Part shown: positions 1 to 11,910 of the stretch, in pieces
Numbering within the stretch: the first letter of the stretch is position 1
Layout of the letters: each line of letters opens with the position of its first letter
Source: Lytechinus pictus
Taxonomy: Eukaryota
NCBI RefSeq assembly: GCF_037042905.1
Contig: NC_087251.1
Coordinates: 31,064,001-31,128,000, forward strand
Reading direction: 5' to 3'
DNA length: 64,000 nucleotides
The notes under the pieces: model-generated
Databases searched by the model: none
Seen by the model: only the letters and a program-made list of their open reading frames with translations
What the model was told of the DNA's origin: nothing
Program-made: the position numbers and the translations under genes

Positions 1-337
1 CATAAAGCTATCTTGTCCGCAAGATCACCATTCTTTCGGAGTGTTCTCCAGAGGAGACACCAGCAGAGCAGTGACTCTACTACAAGGACGTTGCCAAGCA
101 TTACACCCATTGTACTTGATGAGTCAGTCATACCCAAGAAGTATGTTCATGTACTGTTGTATGCCCTTTATCAGGATGTAGTGGATTTAAGCCTTGTCTT
201 GCCAGACAGTCCTAGTGTTGGAAGCCTTGGAGAAGCCCAAGCTATGGCATCAGGAAGGACACCACTTACCAAGGTTGAACAGGCCATGGAGTTGTATCAG
301 ATCGCAAGATTCCTTGATTTTGCAACTATGGCTCATG
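1..337 (+). CDS. BTBD7: BTB/POZ domain-containing protein 7, coding exon (5' end outside window; second BTB domain)
   Basis: Frame 1 reads HKAILSARSPFFRSVLQRR...IVLDESVIPKKY...SPSVGSLGEAQA...AMELYQIARFLDF, closely matching the BTBD7 BTB region as I recall it; donor G|GTAAGA at 338, phase 1. Confidence 0.93.
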
Positions 338-874
338 GTAAGAAAAACAAATCAGAATGAAAATCCCGAATAGTCATTAGTAATCAGTTCATTCTATATT
401 AAAAAATTGATTTTACTTTGGTTAATGTATTGTCTATAAGAATAAACCAAATATTTACAATCTAAAAAAAAATGATATGTGTAAATTACTACTTGCTCAG
501 ACTTCCAAGAAAAAGTTTATTTTATATGAAATGCCCATCTTAAAAATGTTGAGAACTTTGTTCATTGTTAAAATATCAAATTAAAAGTGTAAGCTACTTG
601 AGTACTAATAATGCATAATTTGCACCGAGAATGGAGCTGATGAAATTAAATGTTACATTAAGTCTTGGCCAGTGGATAACTTTGTATTTTTTTTTTCTCA
701 TGATCAATTATGAACATTGAGGAATTGGATTTATTGAAATTTGATGAAATAGTCTTTTTGCAGCAGACCAATGATCAACTTTAAATAGTTTCAAAGTGAT
801 TGTATGTCCATTCATTTGTGTAATGAAAATTGATATCAGTAGTCTTCTTTCAACCCCTTCTAACAACCCTTCAG

Positions 875-1083
875 CTTGTGAGGACATCATAGCACGGAGT
901 ATCACCACAGAGAACCTTGTCTCCATCTTGACTTGGAGTCTAGAACCTCATGGATCTCACTGGGTACATCGGCAGGCTCAGCAGTATCTACAGGAGGAGT
1001 TTGCTGCTGTAGCTGCGTCTCCGGTCCTCTTTGAGCTCCGGGAATCACAACTCATTATGGCTCTCAAGTCAGACTTTCTTCAG
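875..1083 (+). CDS. BTBD7: BTBD7 coding exon (BACK domain)
   Basis: Acceptor ccttcAG at 874; (A)CEDIIARSITTENLVSILTWSLEPHGSHWVHRQA...LKSDFLQ; donor CAG|GTATGG; phase matches previous exon. Confidence 0.93.
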
Positions 1084-1739
1084 GTATGGTAGCTCTCAAT
1101 GTCTCTTCAATGTACTGTAAATAGATAGATTGATAGATAAAGACAAATAGATAGCTTTGAATTCTACAATTATTGAATTCATCTATACAGACATACTACA
1201 TAGTTCTTCCACCACTTTCTTAATGAGCTTGTCTATATACGGTGTTTTTGATAGCAGTGCATTAATAACATGTATGTTGGTCTACATGGTTTGCCTGTAC
1301 AGTATCAGAGCATAATTTCAGAATAAAGAAGTCAAAATCGGATAAATTGCTCATCGCATAGTCTAATGAATAATGATAATAAAAGATGATGATAAATATA
1401 TTTGATGAGTTTTCTTCATGGGAATACTTGTTTTGTGCATTATTGACCCTAACTCATGGAATATTCCTGTTATTCCACTTTGAGCCATCTACTGTATTTA
1501 TCATTATTGCAAAATGTACATGTATATTGCTTGCTATTAAAATGCTATGTAGGTACATGTACATCCTAACTGGCCAGGATGCCTTGTACAATTGGGAAAA
1601 TTAATAGAGTCCTTCAATTAGATTCCCCAGGAGGGTAGGTTCAATATCAATGTCTGGGGGATTATTTCCTCATTTTGATATCCTCTTTTAAGCATGGTAG
1701 ATTAATCAAGAAAGACAAAACACAGCTCCCTATAGAATC

Positions 1740-2210
1740 CTGCATGTAGCCAGCCTCAGCAGCAGTACAAAATATATACCCTTCCTGCTGTGTGTGTGGC
1801 CAGGATATTGTCTTTCCTTCCCACTTGTAAGATGCACAGGAGATTCACTCATCAAGAGATAGTACAATATCTCTCTTCACTCAGACTCAGATGGAGGTCA
1901 ATGTTATTGGGATATAACGAAGCCTTGGTTTCTTGCCGAGCTGTACTCCTTAATTACACTCTCTGCAGATATGAAATTTATTGCAAGCACCGGTAAAACT
2001 GCCTCGGGGAGTATGGTTTGATATTAGCTACACCCCTTGACTCAATAATGTTTATTGCTGTCTTTATTAATAAGTCATAGAAGCATGGCTGACTTATTGA
2101 ATTGAGAATACATGTTTGTGGTAACTCCCGTAGGAACTCGGCAGGACAGCATTTTTTTGCTGGTAAACGCCAAGCTGGTATATATAACCAATTACTAGCT
2201 TGGAAACATT
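1740..2210 (-). mobile_element. Possible highly degenerate LINE ORF1 (zinc-knuckle) remnant
   Basis: Minus-strand pieces IKPYSPRQFYRCLQ and HICRECN, in different frames, resemble CCHC knuckles of I/Jockey-type ORF1; many stops. Confidence 0.25.
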
Positions 2211-2289
2211 TTACGTCTAGGTTAATCAGTCATAGTGGCTGACGTAATAGACGACAGATATCACTCTTGGGCCTTTTTATCAAAGTGGA

Positions 2290-2370
2290 GACAATGGCAG
2301 AGTTGGGATTCGAACTCACAACCTTGCGATTATGAGTCCAATGCTCTAACCACTGGGCCACACGACCCGT
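2290..2370 (-). mobile_element. tRNA-derived SINE head fragment
   Basis: Minus strand TGGCCCAGTGGTTAGAGCA (A box) ... GTTCGAATCCC (B box); lacks a complete tRNA acceptor stem. Confidence 0.7.
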
Positions 2371-3034
2371 TACACTATGTGTTACAGTTAGATTTTTTTT
2401 TTTACTTGAAATGTTCACACAACAAAAGGAATAATGAGTTTTATATACCGTACATGCATATTCACTTATCATATGATGTTGTATACAATGTGCTAATTTC
2501 TCTCAAAGTAGTGGATTATCTGCACAAATAGGAAGGTCAAATCTTCTGAATTTATTGTATATTTTTCTGTATTTTATTTACTGTATATTTAACCTTCTCA
2601 GTTTTCTCATTCAAAATCTGACTGGGTATGTTATGTTTATACTTGTACAAAGTAGGGGACAGAACTATTAATGTCCCTTTTTCTTTCATGAAGAAATTAA
2701 TGAAACTGGTTTAAAAACTTGACTATGCAGAAGAGATATGGGATTGTCAGCCACAACAAAAGTCATACATTAGTTCTGAATAATCTATTGCAAACTCTAA
2801 TTGTGTGTTGTTAAATGCTTATATCATAAAAAGTATGCACTTCACATACTAGAGTGTTTTGCATAACAAATGTTTATGGTGTACTGAAGCCACAAAACTA
2901 AACAAAATACATGTCGAAACTAAAATACTGAAACTATCAATTATGTGTGTGGTTGCTTTTGTTAAAAGTCTGTTGACGTGTAATCTGACAGCAGTCATTT
3001 TTTTTTCAATTAAATGCTTCTTTTCTCTACTCAG

Positions 3035-3110
3035 GTTGCAGAAGCAGATATTTTGAAAGCAGTAGTAAGATGGGGAGAATACCAGCTCATAAAGAGAATG
3101 GAAGAAAGAG
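3035..3110 (+). CDS. BTBD7: BTBD7 coding exon (BACK domain)
   Basis: Polypyrimidine tract + tcAG; VAEADILKAVVRWGEYQLIKRMEER; donor AG|GTAATT; absent from the ORF track in this frame. Confidence 0.9.
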
Positions 3111-4396
3111 GTAATTGATTTAGTTAGACTATAACCCAGCTCTTTATCTTTTAAGGTCAGTTTTAGTCAGTAGTCCAAAGATTTGAATCCAGTTTTGTCT
3201 CTGTTAAACAGGGTTACATGTAGGAAGGGTTCACCTCTCGCACATGGCAATCATCCTTACCCCACCCCACCCCCTCCCTCCCCTTAGGATTCAAAGCATC
3301 CCCCATCCTCAATCTTCATTCTCACATGGATACAAAATTATTAAATGGTTGCACATAATTCTTGGTTCAATTATTTGATTAAATTTACTAAATATGCCAA
3401 GCTGTTGATTGAAAGTTTTTTTTTTTTTTTTTCAAAGCATTTGTTGCACATTTGGTTGTTCTATAGAAGTTTAATATGTATAATTAATCAACAGATTAAT
3501 TGTATTGATTAAAAATTGATTATTTTGTATATAACAATCTGTAGAGGCTAACCATAGATTACTCTTAATCATTAGCATATTGTGATTCCTTTCAAGCAAT
3601 CAAATGATTATTTGTAGCTGGAGTTAAAGAGGTATTTCCTGCCAGAGATTAATTGGATTGTAATGAGATAATGAATATCAGATGAAATATCAGCCCAAAG
3701 TGGGAACCAATTGAATTTTAATGTGTCTAACTGAATGAGGAGTTAATAAGCACATACATTTTAAAGACTGTCCTATTCTTTTATTGTTGCTCCAGATTAT
3801 AGTATATCAGTATTTATCTTGTTGTTTAGAAATATATATATTTGTGTGTTTGTTAGGGTATTTTTTATTGAAAGATGAGTACTATGCCGCATTAAAACTG
3901 GACTAAGCTACTTTTGATAAGTTTTAAATGATATTTATAGTGAGTGGTATTCTCATAATAAAACCCAAGTTTAAACTGTAACCAAACAAGATATTTTCCA
4001 TAATTCTATGGAATGCTGGGTTTCCATTTTTTATCATAATACATTCATGAAAAAGATGACATACATATACCAAAGAACCCATTGACATAAATTTGCTTAC
4101 CAAATTTGAGAAGCAAACGAGAAACAACTTTTTTAAAAGATCTTTACAGCCCTATGTGAAAATTTGCTCTACAAAAGATTTTTGTGAAGCGGTATTTAAA
4201 AAAAAAGTGGAGAAAATTGTAATGTGATATAAGGAAAATCATTCCCAGAATTACATGCCTATATTTTCTTTTCCTTCCTCTTTTTATAACAAAATTCCAT
4301 GTTTTGGCTGTCATCTATTTGCAGGATTTTAACTGACTTTAACCTGAAAATGATTTAGCAACTAGCATTCCATAAATGTAGTCTAAGTTAACTTAA

Positions 4397-5602
4397 AGGA
4401 CAAGTCCACCCCAACAAAAACTTGATTCGAATAAAAAGAGAAAAATTTAACAAGCATAACACTGAAAATTTCATCAAAATCGGATGTAAAATAAGAAAGT
4501 TATGACATTTTAAAGTTTCGCTTCATTTCGCAAAAGAGTTATATGCTCATCCCGGTCGGTATGCAAATGAGGGAACTGATGACATCACTCACTCACTATT
4601 TCTTTTGTATTTTATTATATGAATTATAAAATATCTTGATTTTCTCATCATTGTCATGTGAAATGAAGTTTCATTCCTCCCTAAATACGTGGAATTCCAT
4701 TATTTTAACATTTTGTGGTTCAGGCAAGGAGGTCCTAATCGTCAAATTCGTTAAAATTGAAATATTGTATAATTCAAACAATAAAAAACAAAAGAAATAG
4801 TGAGTGAGTGACATCATCGACTCTCTAATTTGGATGTAACTGGCTCGTTCATATAACCATTTTGTTAAAAATAAGCGAAACTTTGAAATGTCATAACTTT
4901 TTTATTTTACATCCGATTTTGATGAAATTTTCAGCATTGTGCTCGTCTGATTTTTCTCTATTGATTCAAATCAACATTTTGTTGGGGTGGACTTGACCTT
5001 TAAAGGACAAGTCCACCCCAACAAAATGTTGATTTGAATAAAAGGAGAAAAATCAAACAAGCAAAACACTGAAAATTTCATCAAAATCGGATGTAAAATA
5101 AGAAAATTATGACATTTTAAAGTTTTCGTTTAATTTCACAGAACAGATAGATACACATTTTGGTCGGTATGCAAATTGGCAGACTTATGACGTCACCCGC
5201 TCACTATTTCTTTTGTATTTTTATTATATGAAATATTTCAAATTTTTCCCCATTGCCATGAGAAACAAAATTTGATTCCTCCCTGAACATGTGGAATTAC
5301 CATTATTTTAACAGTTTTTGGTTAAGTCAATTGGTCCTTATTGTCAAATCTGTAAAAATTATAATATAGTATAATTCAAACAAACAAAGAAATAGTGAGT
5401 GAAGAACATCATCGACTCTCTCATCATTTCCATATCGCTAAGTTGTGCATTTAACTGTTTTCTTTTTGTGAAAAATAGCAAAACTTAAAAATGTCATTAC
5501 TTTTTTATTTTACATCCGATTTTGATGAAATTTGCAGCGCTATGTTTGTTCGATTTTTCTTTATCGATTCAAATCAACAATTCTCTGGGGTGGACTTAAC
5601 CT
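4397..5602. mobile_element. Two tandem copies of a ~600 bp TTAA-flanked MITE (Kolobok-like)
   Basis: TTAA-AGGACAAGTCCACCCC...GGGGTGGACTTGACCT-TTAA; copies at 4397-4999 and 5004-5602 share the TTAA at 5000-5003; long imperfect TIRs. Confidence 0.85.
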
Positions 5603-6694
5603 TTAATCAATGCTTTGAGAATACCAACCAAATATTAAGGTTTCATTCCTTTTTTAAAATCTCTAGAGGAAGGATCTTTTACTGCAACTTTCCAGTCTTC
5701 TTTTTTTGTCCCTTATAAAAAAAAATTAATCACCTTTTTAATGCAATAGCCTTAATGAATCATTAATTCACTATTCCAACCAAGATACAGAAATGATCAC
5801 AGCCAGCAGGCAGTACTATCGTACATTTTACCAATTGAGGATTGGAATTCAGTTGTAAATTTGTTGACTTTAAGGCTTCTTGAAGAAACATAATACCTCT
5901 GTCCATTGATACTGACCAAGGGTGGTCAACTGACCATGAACTTTTGCTCTGATTTCTAGAAAATTGGTTATTGAGTAAATAGAGAAGTGATTGAAAATGT
6001 TGAATAGCAATATTTCTTGGCATTTGATACAGAAAGAGCTTTAGAATATTTTCTTAGATACCTTAGAAATGCATGGTTTTGTTTGATAGTGTAAATATAT
6101 GTTTAAAACCTTATTACAGTTATAACAGGTTTTCTCCCCCAACACATGATTTTTATAAGCATAAAACATGCACAGAGGGGTTTGTGTAGGAGGATATTGA
6201 GATTATAACACTTTAACTGATACTGTTTTATGCAATAATTTCATATATAGATCAAGATTCCATTAAATGCATTTCACAATGGGTTCCATTTCCACCAATT
6301 TATTTTACAAAAATTTTGCTATAGTAAGGCTGAACAACCTTTAAATACATGTACAAGCATGAAATATTTAACAAGCATCAGAGAGTTTAGATTTCCATTA
6401 ATTTGAAGTGTCATGATTTTTATGATATTCCGAAATCATTTCCCCTTCAATTCAAAGTAGAAGTGTTTAAATCCTGATATTCAGGGATTTGGACACACCA
6501 TTGTGCATTATATTGAATGTGAAGGCCAATTCCACTTTTTAATACTGTACACTCATTGTCTGATTGGATGGAAGCCGAGCTATTGTCTCTTACCTTTGCC
6601 ATTTGTCATTTCTACACCCCCTTCCTGTTATCAGCCCCACCCTAGAAATCTTTTTAACACCTAAACCTTTGCCAATGTCACTCTCCATGTGATT

Positions 6695-6960
6695 CAATCT
6701 GTTCAATTCAGTTCAATTTGGTTTATTAAAAAGGCCAGGTTTATGACAAATGTGCTGAATTACAACAGGATTTTACAATTCAAGAATTTACAATTTACAA
6801 ATTTGAACAAACAAAAAAGATATACTGTACGCATTAAATAATGTATTGAAAATATGTATCATTGAAAATATCAAAATCAGAAAGAATAATATTAATTGCA
6901 TAATACATATATTCCACGGAACAACATTAGAATATATGAAATAATAAAAACTTTCTCTCA
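6695..6960 (-). mobile_element. Probable LINE 3' tail remnant
   Basis: Minus strand AATAAA followed by a short (TTGAA)-like tandem tail, as at CR1/L2-group 3' ends. Confidence 0.35.
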
Positions 6961-8263
6961 TCTGTTGGCCTTATATAGATGCTATACATGTGTGGATTGT
7001 TGATTTTTAACCTTGAATTGATTATGGACTTTTTCTATTGATAAATTCACAATACAAATTTCTACTAATTGAATGCAATCTGATACCGGCCAGATTTCAG
7101 TTTTGATTCCTCAATGTAATGAATATATAAGTATCACTATAAAGTGGAACTGGACAGATTTGTCGCAGAAAAATTATTCATTTTGTATGTAGTAAGATTT
7201 TGGTGTACATGTATATTGTGTGGGAACAATACAAATGAAGACAGACTTGCAATACAGGTCCAAAAGTTAATTGGGAATTACGTGTTTATACATGTATGTC
7301 ATTAATACTGAACAAATAGCAAATATGAAATCTAGTTTAGTAACTCAAGAATACTCTAAAATAAGTTAGAGTTATTAGCAGAAGTAGGACAATTGTACAA
7401 TATTAAGTTCTGTATGTCAGGCCTCTAGATGTTCATGTGTTAGAAAGACTTGTGATATAAAATTCTGATGATGATATGAAACAGATGTGGATTTTACTGA
7501 ATAACTAATCCTACCCCCACAGTTTGATACACTAAAAAATGCTTTCAAATATATTCACTAGCTAGATATTTACTGTATCGAAATTTTTTTTTACTTAATT
7601 GGATAAGCGCTTTTGACATCAATGATGGACAGTTGTAACAAATTTATCAATGACATTTCCAAATTTGTCATCAATTCCAGCATATATGCTTTGTAAAATG
7701 GTTTTACCCATTGGCACTGTATGACACTAAATTATGAAAGTTATTGTTTTTAAAGTGAAATATAGTTTTTAGGACTGTTATGCTATTAAAGGCCTTCACT
7801 ACCAAAATGATGAAATATTAGATTTCACCCTGAGCAAAATACTGTTGAGAAAAAGAAAATACAAGCTCAACATAAAACACAGGAGAGTGTTTCATGAAGC
7901 AAATAGTGATTTTAACTTACTTTTTGTTTTTGAGCATTTTTGTAAAATGTATCATATAATTTTTATAACATTTATAACCATTTTATAACATTTGTCAGCT
8001 GAAATCATTATTTCATGAAATACACCGCAGTACCATTACATTTTCTTTCTCTTTGTGGGTGCAATCGTGATAATATTGTTCCACATCCCTTGATTCCTAG
8101 CCTTCTTGTTTGCTCCAAACCCCAGGTCTTGCATTTGTGTCTCTCCTAAAAATTTCTTCAGGCCATCCATCTAGTGTAATATTCACCTTTCCACAATTTT
8201 TTTAAATTTCAAAGCGAACTTTCTATTAAAGCTGTTTTTACTATTTAACCATGAGAAATTTTA

Positions 8264-8412
8264 GAGCCCTTTGCAGAAAGAATTGCAATTAAACACAACT
8301 TTAAAAATCAAATGCAACTTGATTGTCATCCAATCAGAAGCATGCATTTAGTACCTGGATTAATTTTTTTTTTAGTTGAGTCAAAATGCAACTCGTTCTG
8401 CAACTGGCCCCT
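8264..8412. mobile_element. Small MITE
   Basis: TIR GAGCCCTTTGCAGAAAGAATTGCA ... TGCAACTCGTTCTGCAACTGGCCCC. Confidence 0.55.
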
Positions 8413-8520
8413 GATTGTCAAAAAAAAACAAAAAAAAAAACAATTTTATTTTTCCCTTGAGTTGCATTTGATAGCAGTGCTACACCGGGAATGAGATATT
8501 ACTATCCTGATATAATATAT

Positions 8521-8634
8521 TTTATTCTCTATATTTTGTTCGTGTTTTTGTCAGAACCCAATTTAGTGAGCCACACCCAACACAGTGTGAGCAGAAAGGG
8601 TTTAAAGAGAAGAGATATTATAGATACAGGAATG
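8521..8634 (+). pseudogene. Partial tandem duplicate (acceptor plus 5' half) of BTBD7 exon 8712-8857
   Basis: AG at 8553-8554 followed by (E)PNLVSHTQHSVSRKGLKRRD, 157 nt upstream of the complete exon. Confidence 0.85.
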
Positions 8635-8711
8635 GTGTTCAGTTTCTATCCTTATGTAAATGCATTATTAAATTATCTTTTATTCTCTGTATTTTGTTTT
8701 TATTTTGTCAG

Positions 8712-8857
8712 AACCGAATCTAGTGAGCCACACCCAACACAGTGTGAGTAGAAAGGGTATCAAGAGAAGAGACCTGGATACTGGTGAATTAAGAGAGATC
8801 ATCAGTAGTCTACTACCACTCGTCAGACTGGAACATATCATTCCCAGGGAACATGAG
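8712..8857 (+). CDS. BTBD7: BTBD7 coding exon
   Basis: Acceptor ttttgtcAG; (E)PNLVSHTQHSVSRKGIKRRDLDTGELREIISSLLPLVRLEHIIPREHE; donor GAG|GTAATC. Confidence 0.9.
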
Positions 8858-8913
8858 GTAATCCATAACCCCACACTCTCTCTCTCTCTTCTCAAATTTA
8901 AAGGGATGGTCCA

Positions 8914-9072
8914 GGGGAGCGTTTCATCAAGATTTTTGTCCGACAAGTTGTCAGATCTGACATCTTTCCTTGATTTTGATTGGCTGTGAGGCACTGTTAC
9001 TATGGTAACTGTCGGATAGAACAGGACTTGTCGGATAAAACGTCCGACAAGTCCTTTCATGAAACGCTCCCC
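8914..9072. mobile_element. Small MITE (GGGGAGCGTTTCAT TIR)
   Basis: TIR GGGGAGCGTTTCAT/ATGAAACGCTCCCC; degenerate relatives at 12385-12705, 26660-26782, 33255-33392 and 7885-8030. Confidence 0.8.
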
Positions 9073-9453
9073 TGGCTGGAGATATTAATATTTCAATAAA
9101 TAGAGTAAAATTCACAGAGCAAAATGCTGAAAATATCAGAATCGGATGACAAATAATGAAGTTATTGAATTTTAAAGATTTGCATTATTCCGGTAAAACA
9201 GTTCTAGGCATGTCTTCATGAATATTCATTAGGTGGGCTGATGATGTCATATCCCCACTTGTTCTTTTGTATTTTATTATATGAAATTAGGTTTATTCAA
9301 AATTTTTCTACCAAGAACTAAAACAATTGGATTGACAACTGTGTATTATTTTTTATTGCTGCAACTTATTTCATCATAATGGAGACACATCATTTACACA
9401 TGTATGAAAAAATACTTAACTCATGTAATAACATAAGAAATAGGAAAGTGGTG

Positions 9454-9807
9454 ATAATAATAAACTGCTTTAATATAGCGCTTAATACATCGGAACGACG
9501 TGTCTAAGCGCTTTACAGATATATTATTACCCCGGTCATCGGATTCAATCAGTCATTCTCACTCACAATGTATGCACATCCTCCACTCCCTGGGGAGTAT
9601 TCCAGTCAGTCGCCTGTAGCGCACACAGTACTGGACAAGCTACAATTACTTTCACATCCTACCAGGTACCCATTTAGCACCTGGGTCGAGAGTAGTAAAG
9701 TATGGATTAACGCCTTGCCAAAGGACGCTAGACCGCGGTGGGATTTGAACACACGACCCTCTGTTTACAAGGCGAGAGTCAGAACTACTACACCACGGCT
9801 CCTCCAC
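9454..9807 (-). mobile_element. Near full-length tRNA-derived SINE
   Basis: Minus strand: A box TGGTGTAGTAG, B box GTTCAAATCC, central CCCAGGTGCTAAATGGGTACCTGG core, (TTA)n tail; the core is also seen at 24600-24650 and 63645-63690. Confidence 0.85.
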
Positions 9808-10512
9808 GATGATATGACATCATCAGCCCACATAATGAATATTCATGACGATGTGCATATAACTGTTTTCACAAAATATTGATAAACTTTAAAATTCAAT
9901 AACTTTGTTATTTGTTATCCAATTTTGATGAAATTTTCAGCATTTTGCTTTGTGAATTTTACTCTGTTTATTTAGATATAAATATTTTCAGCCCGGACCA
10001 TCCCTTTCAACAGGATATTCACCTACAACACAATTATTATTCAATCCGTATGTCTATTCATATTTTTTTTCTAATTTTCTATTTGCTCTATTTTCTTTTT
10101 TCACTAGTAAGTATTATTACTTTGTAAATTTACAAAACAATTATGATTTCAAAATGGATAAATGTTTGGGGTTACAGCTTTAAAAATTTTATGTATTTTA
10201 AATGAATTATGATTTCGAAAAAGATTGTTTTGGGGGTAAAGCGTTAAAAACTTTGTATGCTTTATAATGAATGAGCAAATCACACCATCCCAATCAGTGC
10301 TAAGTTTATGCTAACTCAAATATATTCACAGTTCAGCCTGTGTAATCAAAAGCTCTTCTCTCTATGTATCTGTGGTTTGTAACTGAAAACAACCACTTAA
10401 TAGCAGGCAGTTTATTTTTCTCTCAATGAGAGTGTCTATCTAAGAGTGTAGCTGTCATATTCTGTGGCTGTAAAATCCAAGTGCCTTGATCTTGATCACT
10501 TGAAATGATGTT

Positions 10513-10616
10513 TACATTTGTCTCAGACTTATTTTCACATTAGGCTTTAACAAGTGAAGTGAAGAGAGGTCTGATCCCTACCCCACCCTCTCGCATGCTA
10601 TCTGGGGATGAACTAG
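10513..10616 (+). pseudogene. Partial tandem duplicate (acceptor plus 5' half) of BTBD7 exon 10685-10843
   Basis: AG at 10542-10543 followed by ALTSEVKRGLIPTPPSRMLSGDEL, 141 nt upstream of the complete exon. Confidence 0.85.
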
Positions 10617-10684
10617 TGCTTTTGTTTTGTTTTTCTATTAGGTGAAAGATTTTTATCACATTTGTCTCCTTATATCCACCTTAG

Positions 10685-10843
10685 GCTTTAACAAGTGCAG
10701 TGAAGAGAGGTCTGATCCCTACCCCGCCCTCTCACATGCTATCTGGTGATGAACTAGCCAAGTTTAACCCCTGGGTGAGGGGGAAGGGCAGACGGTTCTA
10801 CCCTAGACCAAGGTTATTCACTCCGTATGTAGAGGAAGCCAAG
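10685..10843 (+). CDS. BTBD7: BTBD7 coding exon
   Basis: Acceptor ccttAG; ALTSAVKRGLIPTPPSHML...RPRLFTPYVEEAK; donor AAG|GTGAGT; 159 nt, phase 0/0. Confidence 0.9.
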
Positions 10844-10942
10844 GTGAGTGTGACAGGAAGGACTTCCCTCTGTAGCAGTGCCTTAAAATACCTTCCAAGC
10901 CATTGAGGGTGAAAATCAAAGCGACTATTCATAGGCATTTAA

Positions 10943-11524
10943 AGGAGAGTGAAGAGACCCTTGGAACGAGTTAGCTTGTGTGATAGAAGAAAAATCAAAG
11001 AATAAGACCAGCGAAAATTTGAGTAAAATTGACTAGATAATGAGAAAGTTATGAGCAATTGAATGTTGAGATCACTAATGCTATGGAGATGTTCTCATTG
11101 GCAAAGTGAACAAGATGTGTGAGCTGTTGTCACACATGAACAATTCTCCCCTTTATTTAGACACACTTAAAATACCCTAAGACATATCATTTTGTTCATT
11201 CTAATGGTAGAACAAATAATTCACCTATGATGTAATGTGAAACCTGCATAACATTGTCCTCATAAAAAGACACTTATTTTAGAATAGACTATATAGATAA
11301 AAGGGAAAATTAAGTGATTTATGTACAAAAGTGATGGGGAAGTCATACATGTGTGACATCGCAGATCTTGGTCACATTGCCAATTGGAGGATCTACATTG
11401 CATTAGTGATCTCAATATTAAATTCAAATAACTCTCTCATTATTCATTCAACATTTCTTAATCTTTCAATGATCTCTTTCTTTAATTTCTCTCATATGAA
11501 TTAATTTAGTTTCAAGTGTTACCT
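10943..11524. mobile_element. Degenerate TTAA-flanked MITE (Kolobok-like, family 3)
   Basis: TTAA-AGGAGAG ... ACC-TTAA with internal inverted arms (gagatcactaatgctat / cattagtgatctc). Confidence 0.6.
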
Positions 11525-11599
11525 TAAATGAGAATGTTGATAGTGTTTCCTCAATTCAATGAGTAAACAAACTTTTAAAAAGAGAGATCTAGACAATGA

Positions 11600-11910
11600 A
11601 TGACAAGTGCAAAGCCTTTAAACCATAGACGGACATCACTTCACAACCAAATCAGATATACTGAACCGGATAAAACAGTATGTAAAATGAGGAGGAAACA
11701 AAATGAAATATCAGGACGGTCAAGGACCAAGACAGATATAGTAACAGAAGTGTTGGAAAGCCAGAAGGAACAAAAAAAAATAATTAGGAAACTAGTGGGA
11801 AGAAGGAAGCATGTGACATCACTCAAACTAAAAGATTGGATAGAAGTCACGAGCAAAGTAAAGATAACTGACACCACCAAGGAATCTTATAGGAAACTTT
11901 ACAACATGGA
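11600..11910 (+). mobile_element. Degenerate LINE (RTE-like) ORF fragment
   Basis: KKIIRKLVGRRKHVTSLKLKD...ITDTTKESYRKLYN resembles the linker between endonuclease and RT in RTE-clade LINEs. Confidence 0.35.

Larger units (their letters stand above)
8902..10005. mobile_element. TTAA-flanked MITE (Kolobok-like, family 2) hosting two nested insertions
   Basis: TTAA-AGGGATGGTCC ... GGACCATCCCT-TTCA; interrupted by a MITE (8914-9072) and a SINE (9454-9807). Confidence 0.8.

Noticed and set aside
2290..2370. tRNA gene
   Set aside because: A and B boxes present but no full cloverleaf; better explained as a SINE head
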